A stretch of 56,281 nt of DNA. It comes from Desulfovibrio sp. OttesenSCG-928-A18. Lineage in GTDB: Bacteria > Desulfobacterota > Desulfovibrionia > Desulfovibrionales > Desulfovibrionaceae. The DNA lies in contig JAJDJN010000001.1 in assembly GCA_030267245.1 (NCBI GenBank), forward strand, positions 1-56,281. Direction: 5' to 3'. This document shows, one piece after another, positions 1 to 9,379 of the stretch. The position numbers and the translations under genes are program-made. The number at the start of each line of letters is the position of its first letter. The first letter of the stretch is position 1. Under the pieces are notes generated by a model. That model made no database searches. It was not told where the DNA came from and was given only the letters and a program-made list of their open reading frames with translations.

Positions 1-35
1 ACCCATATTTTTTGTCAAAAGTACGCTTCAGCCGG

Positions 36-1202
36 ATGAGCCTATATTTTTACCTGAAAAAGCGTCTTGATTCGGATGTTCTGGAAAAAGCGTATTACAT
101 TATGTACCGCCAGGGGGGAAGGGGCTCGAAGCTGATCTAGGAACCCGTTGGCCGCGAAAGCGAAGGCATGACCGCCGCCAAAGCCACGCATATCAGGGCA
201 GACAGAGCGCGTGGGTTGGAGCTGCCCAACGCGGAAAAACGAAAGGCCGAAGAAGCCGTCAGACTGGCCGACGCCTCCCGCCCCACCATTGATCGCCTCT
301 GGGCGCTCTACCGCGACAGCCGCCCTGACCGCAAACGCTGGGAAACTGACGAAAGCCGCTATCGCCTGCACATCGGGCCGCGCTTTGCCAAAAAAGTTCC
401 GGCGGAGATCGTCACCCTGGACGTGGACCACATGCGCTCGGAGATGACCAAGAACGGAAAATCCGCCGCCACTATCAAGGGAGCCATGGACTTGCTGCAA
501 CGCCTGATTCGCTTTGGAGCCAAGAAAGGCCTTTGCCCCATGCCGGAAGTTTCACAGCTCCATTTCAATTACCCTACAGTGGACGGCGGCAAGACCGAAA
601 ACATGATCGCCGCGCAAATGAAAGCCTACCTGGAAGCCCTGGACGAAGAAGAGGATCAGAACGCCGCCGCATTCATGCGCCTCGCGCTGGCTACCGGCAT
701 GCGCAAAAGCGCCTTGCTCGGCCTGCGCTGGCAGGACATAGATTTTGAGTATGGCTTCATCACCCTGCGCGGCGAATTCGCCAAGAAAGGCAAAACCGAA
801 CGCATTCCGCTCTCCGCCGCCGCGCGGGCCATCCTGAAAGGCATTGAGCGCCTGGATGACGAATTTGTTTTCCCTGGCCGTTATGGCGGGCCGCGCAAGG
901 AGTTCAAGAAAATCGCCCAGCGCGTCAAGGAAAAGGCCGGACTGCCCGCCGACTTCCGCCCTATGCACGGTCTGCGCCACACCTTTGCAAGCTGGCTGGC
1001 TTCATCGGGCGAAGTTGACCTCTACACCCTGCAAAAGCTGTTGACCCACAACTCGCCGCAAATGACTCAACGTTATGCCCACCTGGCGGATTCCGCTTTG
1101 CAGCGAGCCGCTTCCGTGGCTGACAAACTATTTTCGGAGGTTGCGCCGGAGCCGCAGGCTGCTTCGCCAGACATGCCCGGCGTCAAAGGGAGAAGGAAGT
1201 AG
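36..1202 (+). pseudogene. Tyrosine recombinase/integrase of the left island; in-frame TAG at 138-140 interrupts the N-terminal region (intact ORF 168-1202)
   Basis: Motifs LATGMRKSAL, HGLRHTFASWL and LLTHNSPQMTQRYAH. The upstream frame reads AYYIMYRQGGRGSKLI*EPVGRESEGMTAAKA, so coding-like sequence continues across the stop. Confidence 0.8.
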
Positions 1203-1231
1203 CTGTTTAGGAATAAAAATTGCTTTTCTTG

Positions 1232-1315
1232 ACCGTTCGGTAAAAATGCGCCATTTTACTCTGGCATAACCGTTCGGTAAAAATAAATGTTTCATACCCA
1301 ATGTGACCGATCGGT
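1232..1315. promoter_or_regulatory. Three palindromic operators ACCG-WT-CGGT upstream of hipBA
   Basis: ACCGTTCGGT at 1232 and 1269, ACCGATCGGT at 1306; starts are exactly 37 bp apart, directly upstream of the HTH antitoxin. Confidence 0.75.
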
Positions 1316-1330
1316 GAAAGGGACAGTCTT

Positions 1331-1597
1331 ATGCGTAAACAAAGCGAAACCAGATTCCCCATAGATTTCTTTGGTGTGGAAGAGCTGGGCCAAGCAATAA
1401 AAAGAGTGCGGATGCAGCGCGGGCTGACCCAACACGAGTTGGCCATGCAGACGAACACCAGCACAAAATTCATCAGCAACGTGGAAAACGGCAAGGATAC
1501 CGCGCAGCTTGGAAAAGTCCTGCTGCTCATCCGTGTTCTGGATATGGGTACGCAACTTGTTGATCTTCGTGCCAAAGCTCGCCCCAAGGAACTGTGA
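1331..1597 (+). CDS. hipB: HipB-like XRE-HTH antitoxin
   Basis: LGQAIKRVRMQRGLTQHELA...ISNVENGKDTAQLGKV; overlaps the hipA start. Confidence 0.88.
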   Translation: MRKQSETRFPIDFFGVEELGQAIKRVRMQRGLTQHELAMQTNTSTKFISNVENGKDTAQLGKVLLLIRVLDMGTQLVDLRAKARPKEL

Positions 1598-2874
1598 TGG
1601 CTGAAAAGGGGATCTTGTTTGTACAATGGGACGGCGAAACAGTCGGTCATATTTCCCCGCACCGCAGGGGCAATGTAACCTTCTCCTATGCGGAGGAATG
1701 GCTGGCGAAGTACAATCAGCCGATTTCCCTTTCCTTGCCCTGTTCTGCGGAGAGCTTCGCCGCTCAAAAGAGCACCGCCTTTTTTGACAACCTGTTACCG
1801 GAGGAAGCTATATACAAGGACTTGTGCCGTGAGGCCAGACTTGACGAGGCGGACATCTACAATTTTTTGCGCCTGTTCGGGCAAGAGTGCGCGGGCGCTC
1901 TCACTGTCTTTGAGGAAGGCGCTTCGCCTTCGGTTCATTCCGCAGCCTACCGTGACATAACTGACGAGTTGGAAGAGCTTCTGAAAAAGCATCATGGCAT
2001 GCCGCAAGGCAGCCTGATTGCGGAAACCCAGGCCAGACTGTCCATAGCTGGCGCACAGAACAAGCTCCCGGTTGTTTTGGAAAACGGCCGATTTCTTGTG
2101 CCGGAAAACAATTCATTCGCTCCGACCACCGCGATTTTGAAACCCACCACATCACGCTTCCCGGATTTGCATCGCAACGAGCTGTTTTGTATGGAACTTG
2201 CTCGCCAGGCGGGGCTCCCCACACCAGACGCGGAAATCTTGCAAATAGGGAATTATCAGGCCTATGTGGTTATGCGTTATGACCGCCAGCGCGAGGGCGT
2301 AAACATCATCCGCATCCATCAGGAGGATTTCTGCCAGGCTATGGGCATCAGCCGCTTGCACAAGTATGAGGAAAACGGAGGGCCGGGCTTTGCCGCTTGT
2401 GGCAAGATTCTGCTGCACCCATCGCTTTCCCTCGACCAGACGGCGCGCGAGATGTTCATCAAGTGCGCGGTATTCAACTACATCATCGGCAACTGTGACG
2501 CCCACGGAAAGAACTTTTCCCTGTTGTACCAGAGAGGGAACGGCATCAACCTGGCTCCGTTCTACGACCTGGTTTCCACTATGGCCTACCCGGAATTGGC
2601 GCAGAAATTCGCTATGGCCATCGGCAAGACGTATCGTTTTGACAGAATTGCGGAACACTCATGGAGACAGTTCGCCGCCGACATGAATGTTCGTTTCGAA
2701 TGGCTACAATCGCTTATGGGAAAGGTCTGTATCGCCGTCATGTCAGGCTTGGAGCCGTTGGCGGCAGGGCATGAGCGCCAATACGGCGCATCGCCGATTT
2801 ATGAGCGTATCATCCGCATAGCCAGAGATGGGGCCAAGAGAGTTCTGCATGTTGCGGAAAATAGCGCAGCCTGA
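1594..2874 (+). CDS. hipA: HipA family Ser/Thr kinase toxin
   Basis: PISLSLP N-terminal domain, [11 protein letters not shown]-loop, [25 protein letters not shown]. Confidence 0.95.
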   Translation: MMAEKGILFVQWDGETVGHISPHRRGNVTFSYAEEWLAKYNQPISLSLPCSAESFAAQKSTAFFDNLLPEEAIYKDLCREARLDEADIYNFLRLFGQECAGALTVFEEGASPSVHSAAYRDITDELEELLKKHHGMPQGSLIAETQARLSIAGAQNKLPVVLENGRFLVPENNSFAPTTAILKPTTSRFPDLHRNELFCMELARQAGLPTPDAEILQIGNYQAYVVMRYDRQREGVNIIRIHQEDFCQAMGISRLHKYEENGGPGFAACGKILLHPSLSLDQTAREMFIKCAVFNYIIGNCDAHGKNFSLLYQRGNGINLAPFYDLVSTMAYPELAQKFAMAIGKTYRFDRIAEHSWRQFAADMNVRFEWLQSLMGKVCIAVMSGLEPLAAGHERQYGASPIYERIIRIARDGAKRVLHVAENSAA

Positions 2875-2889
2875 CTATAGCCGTACGGA

Positions 2890-3090
2890 CCCGTCATCTG
2901 CAAATCGTCGTCATCAACATCAGCGTCATCGGTTTTTTGGTAAAAATTTGTGGGAGGAAGCTGTTTCGGATCTCCCACCACAATCACTTTTTTGCCTCTC
3001 GCCATAGCGCCGATGGCGTCCCAAACCGGGATTTGCGATGCTTCGTCAAAAATAACGAGATCAAATGTGGTTTGTTCAAGAACGTCTTCT
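2890..3090 (-). pseudogene. Fragment of an SF1 (Upf1/DNA2-like) helicase
   Basis: [39 protein letters not shown] (motifs II-III), with no motif I and no C-terminal domain. Confidence 0.8.
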
Positions 3091-3189
3091 GGTCGAACAG
3101 TTATGCGTGTTGGGCGGCGCAGGGAGGGTTCAAACGGTTTACATTTTACGTCTAGAAAACTATTGCTGTGCAATGCTTTTACCCGGAGC

Positions 3190-3384
3190 GTGTGGGTAGG
3201 TGTTGGGTAGGAAACTACCCGCCCGCAAAAACGTGCGAGCATATCCAACTTCCTCCTCATTCGCGTGTGGGGACGGTGTGGGGAAGAGATGCAAAACCAT
3301 ACCAGTTTTGCAAACCATCCTGGCGGTGCCGTCTTACGGCCTCGCCATTTTTTTTTGACCTTCCGTGTTGGGTATGGTGTTGGG
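3190..3384. repeat. Three tandem pairs of GTGT(T)GGG, probable integrase arm-type sites
   Basis: gtgtgggtaggtgttggg at 3190, gtgtggggacggtgtgggga at 3265, gtgttgggtatggtgttggg at 3365, next to the att core. Confidence 0.55.
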
Positions 3385-3388
3385 CAGC

Positions 3389-3422
3389 AAAAAGGCCTTA
3401 CGATGCATTTCATCGTAAGGCC
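3389..3422 (-). terminator. Intrinsic terminator downstream of the tRNA 3' end
   Basis: 12-bp stem GGCCTTACGATG/CATCGTAAGGCC followed by a T-tract on the minus strand. Confidence 0.75.
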
Positions 3423-3432
3423 CTGAATTTAC

Positions 3433-3477
3433 TGGTGGGCAGTACAGGACTTGAACCTGTGGCCCCCGCCGTGTGAA
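3433..3477 (-). tRNA. 3' half of tRNA-Val(CAC); prophage att core (partial duplication)
   Basis: Minus strand TTCACACGGCGGGGGCCACAGGTTCAAGTCCTGTACTGCCCACCA gives the anticodon loop, T-arm and CCA; the 5' half is absent; adjacent to the integrase. Confidence 0.85.
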
Positions 3478-3506
3478 AACTGCGACCAGCATATAGACTA
3501 TTGTAA

Positions 3507-4634
3507 TTATTGAAATATCATTTTGTCGGGATACGAAAAATACCCCGAAAGCGTCTGTTTTGTACCCCGCTCCTGTACCCCGCTCAAAACGTCCGGAATC
3601 GATTCCACCACTTTCTTTTTTTGGGCGTCAACCACATGCTGATAATGCTTGTGGATCATGGCCGTGCTGGCATGCCCCATGATGTCGGCCACGGCCTTTA
3701 TATCAGCCCCGGCGGCAAGCGCTTCTGTGGCAAAAGCATGGCGCAAATCGTAGAGGCGGATGCGACGGGTAATGCCCGCTTTCTTAAGGGCGCCCCACCA
3801 TGCTTTTTTGATGCTGGATACGGGCTTTCCCTTGTAAGTGATAAGGTGCGTCAACCCCAAGGCCGAATCTTCGACAGCCCATTCCAGAAAAAGAGGTAGC
3901 AGGGCAGGGGAAATATCCACGTCGCGCCACGGCCGCTCTTTGTTTTTCTTGGCAGACCAGATGCGCATTCTTTTGCGGTCGACGTCGTAGTCTTCCCACT
4001 TGAGGGACAGGAGTTCACAGGGGCCAACACGGACGCCGAGATAGTAAGATAACAGAATTGCCCGCACAAGGTGGGGAGGGGAGACGGCGAGAATTGTTTT
4101 AACTTCGGCCGGGGAGGGAGGAGGAAGCTTAATGCATGCGCCGCCTTTGCATCGGTAGCCTTGTACCGGGTTTTCAGCAAGGCCGGCGTTTTCCACGGCC
4201 CAATTGAGAATCGCCCTGACTATGCTTATTCGGCGCTGCACAGTGCTTTGCTTAACTCCTGACTTGATTTGCTCGGCTTCAAAATCTTTGAGGTGTTCTC
4301 GTGTGATCTCCCCTGCGGGGATTGAACCCAAGGCCGGGGCTATTTTGGCGAAGTGGTAAAAATCTTCTTTGCGGGTAGATTCGGCCAAGTCCCGTCGGGC
4401 AAGGTAAAGCTGAGAGAGGTGATAGAGCGTGGGGGAGTCGCCAGGTGGCGGCGCGCCTTCTGGGAGAAAATAGTCAGGCTCGTATTCCAGCTTGACCTTG
4501 ATTTCCGCGTCATCTTTGCGGGCCTCTTTCAATGATTCGCGCGCCGGGCCTTTTTCGATCTTGCCGGTAAATGGATTTCGCCAATATGCCCGGTAGGTGG
4601 TGCGGTTTTTGTACTTTCTCTTTTCGACGGCCAT
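3507..4634 (-). CDS. int: Prophage tyrosine integrase
   Basis: LGVRVGPCELL, RLYDLRHAFAT, IMGHASTAMIHKHY; adjacent to att. A direct repeat TGTACCCCGCTC x2 (3561-3585) lies in its 3' end. Confidence 0.93.
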   Translation of the reverse strand: MAVEKRKYKNRTTYRAYWRNPFTGKIEKGPARESLKEARKDDAEIKVKLEYEPDYFLPEGAPPPGDSPTLYHLSQLYLARRDLAESTRKEDFYHFAKIAPALGSIPAGEITREHLKDFEAEQIKSGVKQSTVQRRISIVRAILNWAVENAGLAENPVQGYRCKGGACIKLPPPSPAEVKTILAVSPPHLVRAILLSYYLGVRVGPCELLSLKWEDYDVDRKRMRIWSAKKNKERPWRDVDISPALLPLFLEWAVEDSALGLTHLITYKGKPVSSIKKAWWGALKKAGITRRIRLYDLRHAFATEALAAGADIKAVADIMGHASTAMIHKHYQHVVDAQKKKVVESIPDVLSGVQERGTKQTLSGYFSYPDKMIFQ

Positions 4635-4642
4635 GCCCTTGT

Positions 4643-4948
4643 TTACTGCTCAAGGCCGCCTGCGGTCAAGAGCGCCTTGGCTTTGCTCCAGGGCATGTTG
4701 TAAATATTATCGGATGCCAGGAGTTTACGGCGGATTCGGGGTTGCCGCTTTTGCCTTTTGGCGAGTTGCATCTCGCGTTCATTTTTCAGGGCCAGGGATA
4801 TTTCGTCGGCGTCATAGAGCACATGGTGCCCGCGCCCGGTTTTGGCCGGAGAGAAAGGATGCACACCAAGTTCAGCCATGCGGGAAGAGACGGATGCGAG
4901 GGGCATCCGAAACTCTTTGCTGATTTCTTGGCGTGTAAGAAGGCGCAT
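4643..4948 (-). CDS. Putative excisionase/winged-HTH protein
   Basis: MRLLTRQEISKEF...; small, basic, immediately upstream of int. Confidence 0.6.
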   Translation of the reverse strand: MRLLTRQEISKEFRMPLASVSSRMAELGVHPFSPAKTGRGHHVLYDADEISLALKNEREMQLAKRQKRQPRIRRKLLASDNIYNMPWSKAKALLTAGGLEQ

Positions 4949-4955
4949 AGCTTGC

Positions 4956-5345
4956 CTATTTCTCCGGCCCTGCGGGCAGGGGTATGACAAAATCGGGGTT
5001 AAAGACGACTCTGCCCGTTGTATCTTCCCAAACTTCCTTCTCGTAAAATTCGCAGTACTTAAAGCGGGCCAGAAGGATGCTGCTGCCGATAAACTTCAAG
5101 ACACACAGTCGCCCATCTTTCCATTCCTCCGGGCAATCCTCGATGCGGGTCCACCCCGGCGCGCGGCGGTTCCAGGCGTCTATCGCTTCTTCCGGTTTCG
5201 ACCAGAGGGCCGTACTACACTCACACCCCATGTTCATGCAGGATATTTGATATGTCGCAATTTCGGTATATCCGCGATGAGCATCAAGGCTAGTCGAACC
5301 GCAAAACGGACACGGCAACAGTTCAGGCGTTGGCATTGTCGTCAT
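4956..5345 (-). CDS. Lar-like (restriction alleviation) Zn-binding protein
   Basis: LLPCPFCG...ISCMNMGC...AIDAWNRR. Confidence 0.75.
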   Translation of the reverse strand: MTTMPTPELLPCPFCGSTSLDAHRGYTEIATYQISCMNMGCECSTALWSKPEEAIDAWNRRAPGWTRIEDCPEEWKDGRLCVLKFIGSSILLARFKYCEFYEKEVWEDTTGRVVFNPDFVIPLPAGPEK

Positions 5346-5610
5346 CCTCATACCCGATGGTAATATAGGTTACCTTAAAACCATTGGCCCGCATGGCGTT
5401 CATTGTCTTCTCACGGTCATGCTCGCTCATGGAATTTGCAAAGTCAGGAGCACAGTAAGCGCGGGCAACCTCAAGGGCCAGGCGGCGGGCCGCGAGAACT
5501 TCTTGATTGAATCGGCTGAGGCTCTCAAAGACAGGAGCAGTGGCCGTGACGCTTCCTTCGGGTGAGGTAAAAATGCCTATTATGCCCTTGGGGTGCTTTG
5601 CTTTAGGCAT
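5323..5610 (-). CDS. Hypothetical phage protein
   Basis: Overlapping packing within the left early operon. Confidence 0.6.
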   Translation of the reverse strand: MPKAKHPKGIIGIFTSPEGSVTATAPVFESLSRFNQEVLAARRLALEVARAYCAPDFANSMSEHDREKTMNAMRANGFKVTYITIGYEDDDNANA

Positions 5611-6187
5611 TGCGGACCTCCTCCAGGCGGGCGCGGGCGGAAGCGACCTTCTTCACGCGCTTGGAATATTCTTTTCTGTCAAAATAGGAACGCGTGAACG
5701 CAATGCTTTCTACACCATGAAGACACCACTCCAACGCCTCCACCAGCGCGTTCAGCGCCTCAATTTCTTCTTTAAGCGGTGCCACTGCCCTGGCATAGAT
5801 TTTCTCCGCCTCTCGCTGGTAGGCCGCCATGCAACGATCACGTTCTTTCAGGCAGGCCGGGCCGCCTGTTTCTACAGGGCATGTCTCGTCACAGACGACG
5901 GAGGAAATTATACCAACTATGTTGCTGATGGTGGGGCGTGTTGCCTCATCGTGACGTTTGGACAGCATCTCAATCTCAGCTGTGAGACGAGCGTTTTCGG
6001 TGCGGAGAGCGTCTTCAAGGGGGCGGGTGTTCCATCTGGCATTAAGGTCGGATGCAATTACACCCTTGCGATAAATCTTGATTTCTCCGTAACAGTCGGC
6101 GCAATAAACAGATGCATCAGCGGTTTCATGGGTCACAACTATGTTGCTGCCCCCGCAGAACGGACAAGGTTTCAGTTCCTTCATCAC
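5603..6187 (-). CDS. Lar-like Zn-binding protein with coiled-coil C-terminus
   Basis: ELKPCPFCGG...YCADC...RWNTR. Confidence 0.75.
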   Translation of the reverse strand: MMKELKPCPFCGGSNIVVTHETADASVYCADCYGEIKIYRKGVIASDLNARWNTRPLEDALRTENARLTAEIEMLSKRHDEATRPTISNIVGIISSVVCDETCPVETGGPACLKERDRCMAAYQREAEKIYARAVAPLKEEIEALNALVEALEWCLHGVESIAFTRSYFDRKEYSKRVKKVASARARLEEVRNA

Positions 6188-6462
6188 ACACCGCTCCTCA
6201 CGGCTTCATAGGTGGCTTTGAAAATATCCGGCTTGCAGGGATAAAGTTCGCCTTTAATGCCGCAGATGATGTAATCTCCCGGATCAGCGCGCATGTCTCC
6301 CTCAAGGGTTTTGATGGTGCAGCCGTCGCCGCTAAACTCAATTTGCCGGGAGGCGTTCAGGGATTCGCACCAACGCATCAACTCAAAGTCATCTTTGCGC
6401 CCTGTGTAATGAAAAGCTACGATCACAACAGGTTTCTTGCGGTACTTTTGAAGTTTATTCAT
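6184..6462 (-). CDS. Conserved phage protein (KYRKKPVVI...PGDYII...YPCKPDIF family)
   Basis: Widespread phage motif; the start overlaps the upstream stop. Confidence 0.8.
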   Translation of the reverse strand: MNKLQKYRKKPVVIVAFHYTGRKDDFELMRWCESLNASRQIEFSGDGCTIKTLEGDMRADPGDYIICGIKGELYPCKPDIFKATYEAVRSGV

Positions 6463-6976
6463 GGTCGGCACCCTTCGCGGTTTTAGCCGCGGCCCATTCG
6501 AGCAGGCATGCCAAGCGCTCTTTTTTCTTCGGCTGGCAAGTTGCGCAATCCTCTTTATAAAGACTCCTGTCGGAATTGAGGTACAACACAAAAGGACACG
6601 GGGCGAAGCGTTCTGCAATCATCAACAACGCATCCCGCTCCTGTTCCGCCTTTGTAATACGCTCCAGAAGAGCGAGTTTATCGTCATTTTCCTTGTCCCA
6701 CATTTCTGTGATGGAATCGCGTTCGTGGCGATGCCTTTCCGCTTTGCGCTCTGCTTTCTCGGCCCTCTCCCTCTCGGCGGCAAGTTGATGCCGCAACACG
6801 TCGCACTGTTCCAGTGCGCTATTTTCTGCATCATAAGCAGAGACAAGCCGGACTTCGGCCGCTTTCAGGGCGTCGAGGAGGCGAATAATGCGTTTATCTA
6901 TTTCACAGCGTAAGGGCTGGTCAGGATGGTGTTCGTGACGCCATTGCTGGCGCTCTTCTGCGGTGATCAAGGTCAT
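6455..6976 (-). CDS. Hypothetical coiled-coil phage protein
   Basis: Translationally coupled; heptad-rich. Confidence 0.6.
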   Translation of the reverse strand: MTLITAEERQQWRHEHHPDQPLRCEIDKRIIRLLDALKAAEVRLVSAYDAENSALEQCDVLRHQLAAERERAEKAERKAERHRHERDSITEMWDKENDDKLALLERITKAEQERDALLMIAERFAPCPFVLYLNSDRSLYKEDCATCQPKKKERLACLLEWAAAKTAKGADHE

Positions 6977-7557
6977 TCGTCGTCTCCTTCGTTACGCATG
7001 GCGTCCTGTTCCTTACGCATTTCTTCCTCAGCCCACTGGAGCACTGCCTCTGCGTCAACCCCGTAAGGGTCGGCAGCGTTGCGGGGGTCTGTATTGTAGT
7101 TTCTGGCTATGTGCGTTGCCAGGAAGTGGGCAAGTGCCTTGAGGCGCATGATTTCGGCCATGAGGTCGGAACCGGCATCGACAGCCGTGTCGCGGGCATG
7201 GTCTGCGATGTCGAAAAGGCCTTTCAGACGATCCACTTCCTTTCGCAACCCCTCCACCTCCCTCGCCAGGGCGGGGGCGAGGTTGCAGGCGGCGACGATG
7301 TAGGCGGCGTCTTCTTCCCATCGGCCAGCATCGTGGCAGGCGCACCGCTCGGATTGATACAATGTGACGGCAACGACCTTTCCGTGAATTTCTCGAGGGT
7401 CGTCATCAATGTCCTCTGTGGCTATGTAATAGGTACTCATGCACAGGCGGTCATCGCTATGTTGTGGATACCACGGCCTCGGCGTTGCCTTCTCCGCAAG
7501 CGCCAGCAGTTCGGCGCGTTGTTCGGGGGTGGTCATTTCGATTTCGGTCAATAGCAT
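6973..7557 (-). CDS. Ead/Ea22-like protein
   Basis: LLALAEKATPRPW...DAAYIVAACN motif. Confidence 0.7.
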   Translation of the reverse strand: MLLTEIEMTTPEQRAELLALAEKATPRPWYPQHSDDRLCMSTYYIATEDIDDDPREIHGKVVAVTLYQSERCACHDAGRWEEDAAYIVAACNLAPALAREVEGLRKEVDRLKGLFDIADHARDTAVDAGSDLMAEIMRLKALAHFLATHIARNYNTDPRNAADPYGVDAEAVLQWAEEEMRKEQDAMRNEGDDE

Positions 7558-7562
7558 CGTAT

Positions 7563-8075
7563 TTATTCTCCCCTTCGACGTTTGAGCGCATGCTCAAACT
7601 TTTGCCGCGCGCTCATATGGCCGACCTGTTTATTGCAATCCTCACAGGCCAGAGTCATATTTGCGATATGCTCCATCCCGCGAGAAGCCAACGCCACAAT
7701 ATGCTCAATCGTGGCAGTCTCCCGGTCGAGGGTGTTGCCGCAGAACATGCAGGACCACCCGTCACGTTTTGCTATTTTTTGGATAAGCTGATCGCGTTTT
7801 TTGTCGCGCCTTTTTTCTCTGGGTGTCCGCATGGCGAACTCGAATTTGCGACCCTCTTTCCATGCCCAAAAGAGGGACTGGGAACAGCCGGTCATTTTTG
7901 AGATTCGGCCCCCCTCCTTACGGTACACAATGCCTATGCCGTCTGGAGTGGTAAATCTGACGACCTCATAAGGGTTTGTCGGCTCAAGAATCTGGCAGCC
8001 GTTTTCCTGGAGCCATGCGCGGAAGGCTGGCCATTGCTGCATGAAGTCATTGTCACGCATCAAGCAGCCCTCCAT
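7563..8075 (-). CDS. HNH endonuclease
   Basis: RDGWSCMFCG...TIEHIVALASRG...N...ACEDCN. Confidence 0.85.
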   Translation of the reverse strand: MEGCLMRDNDFMQQWPAFRAWLQENGCQILEPTNPYEVVRFTTPDGIGIVYRKEGGRISKMTGCSQSLFWAWKEGRKFEFAMRTPREKRRDKKRDQLIQKIAKRDGWSCMFCGNTLDRETATIEHIVALASRGMEHIANMTLACEDCNKQVGHMSARQKFEHALKRRRGE

Positions 8076-8868
8076 GTCTTATCTTGGCCTTTTCGTATGC
8101 CTCCTGCGCGCGGAGAAGATCCTTTTCCGCCTGCACTTTTGCTTGTTGCAGCTTTTTATTTTCGTAAGCCGCGTTTGCCACCATGATATCTTGAGGGATA
8201 GCAATTCCCAGTTCGATGAGATCATCCACTATACAACACTCTCTGCCGCGTTTTTTAAACAAGGCGAACCGTTCTGTCGCTATCTTTTTGGCATGCTCAA
8301 GCGCATCTTCTTTTGTGCGATGGAAAGAAATGCTTTCGGGGTACCACTTGTCGGACCCATCTGTATATCTTGATACACGCCACTCCAGGTCTTTTCCATT
8401 TTTGCCGAACAAAGAAACGAGCCGGACCTTTGGCCAGTCGCACTTGTCATCAGTCTTCAGTATTTCGGGAACAAGGCCAATTTGTATATGCCAATCAGAC
8501 CAGAGGATAGCATATTTCAAGTCGCCGCTGAAGAAATCACGCAAGTACGAAAGGGGTTCGTACATTGTGCAGATGGATTGGATTTCTTTTTTCTGTTGAG
8601 CTATATCCTTTTCCAACTGCTGTAGTTCCGCGCGTTTTTCCTTTATGGAGGATTCAAAATTGATAATGCGTTCATCTTTTATTGGGCTTGGCACTTCCCG
8701 GTATAGGTTGCGCACGTAGAAAGAGTCTTTTTCTTCATCGATAAAGGAAAAACCGTCTTTGTCTTCGTAAGTTTCGGAAACGAAGTAGCCGTATTTAGCG
8801 ATTCCCGTTACGGCAACTTTGCGGCCGTCTGGAATATATGCTTCGTCGCCGATGTTGTATTTTTGCAT
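8053..8868 (-). CDS. Hypothetical phage protein
   Basis: 271-aa ORF with RBS AGGAG; more AT-rich than neighbours. Confidence 0.7.
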   Translation of the reverse strand: MQKYNIGDEAYIPDGRKVAVTGIAKYGYFVSETYEDKDGFSFIDEEKDSFYVRNLYREVPSPIKDERIINFESSIKEKRAELQQLEKDIAQQKKEIQSICTMYEPLSYLRDFFSGDLKYAILWSDWHIQIGLVPEILKTDDKCDWPKVRLVSLFGKNGKDLEWRVSRYTDGSDKWYPESISFHRTKEDALEHAKKIATERFALFKKRGRECCIVDDLIELGIAIPQDIMVANAAYENKKLQQAKVQAEKDLLRAQEAYEKAKIRHGGLLDA

Positions 8869-8929
8869 GGCATTTTCTCCTTTTGTGAGAGCGGAGGCGA
8901 GTTCCTGTGTACTTTAGTAACGCTTTCGC

Positions 8930-9000
8930 CATTGTAGATGGGATTTGAGCCCATGACCGTCGTATACGTTGCCGCCCTACCGCGCTGAGCTACAACAATG
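8930..9000 (-). ncRNA. tRNA-like element with degenerate anticodon arm
   Basis: Minus strand CATTGTTG-TAGCTCAGCGCGGTAGGGC-...-GGTC-ATGGGCTCAAATCCCAT-CTACAATG has an acceptor stem, D-arm and T-arm. Confidence 0.65.
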
Positions 9001-9057
9001 CCGCCTTCCGCTCATTCCTCCCCACGTCCGGGGACGCGGGAAGTTGGAGGGGAGGGA

Positions 9058-9360
9058 TCAAGGCCGGATATATTCGCGTTCTATGTAACGCACGAGAGTG
9101 GCCATAACTTGATAGCCCTCCCTGTCGGCCTTGTCCCTGCGGTTGGGGTTGATGGATTTGTTCGGGCGAGCGGTTAAAAGCGCTTGCGCTTCCCATTCCA
9201 GCATTTCCGATTTGACTACACGCATGGCTTCTTCGTGGTTTGTGGCAAAGGTGGGGTGCATTCTGCGCGCCATGGTGACGTGTTGGGCCAGGTTGATCAG
9301 CGTGTCGCGGCCGATGGCTTCGGTTATCTCTGCGATTTGCTCAGGGGTGAGGGGGTGCAT
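9058..9360 (-). CDS. Degenerate MazG-like all-alpha protein
   Basis: HPTFATNHEEAMRVVKSEMLE...REGYQVMAT pattern. Confidence 0.5.
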   Translation of the reverse strand: MHPLTPEQIAEITEAIGRDTLINLAQHVTMARRMHPTFATNHEEAMRVVKSEMLEWEAQALLTARPNKSINPNRRDKADREGYQVMATLVRYIEREYIRP

Positions 9361-9379
9361 GGGGAGGCTCCTTTTTTAT

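Noticed and set aside
138-140. Pyrrolysine read-through of the integrase TAG
   Set aside because: No pyl genes are visible, and a GAG-to-TAG change is the simpler explanation.
2799-3413. 204-aa ORF as a real gene
   Set aside because: Its N-terminal half runs through att-arm repeats; only the C-terminal part is a helicase fragment.
3433-3477. Functional tRNA-Val
   Set aside because: The D-arm and 5' acceptor strand are missing; it is the att duplication.
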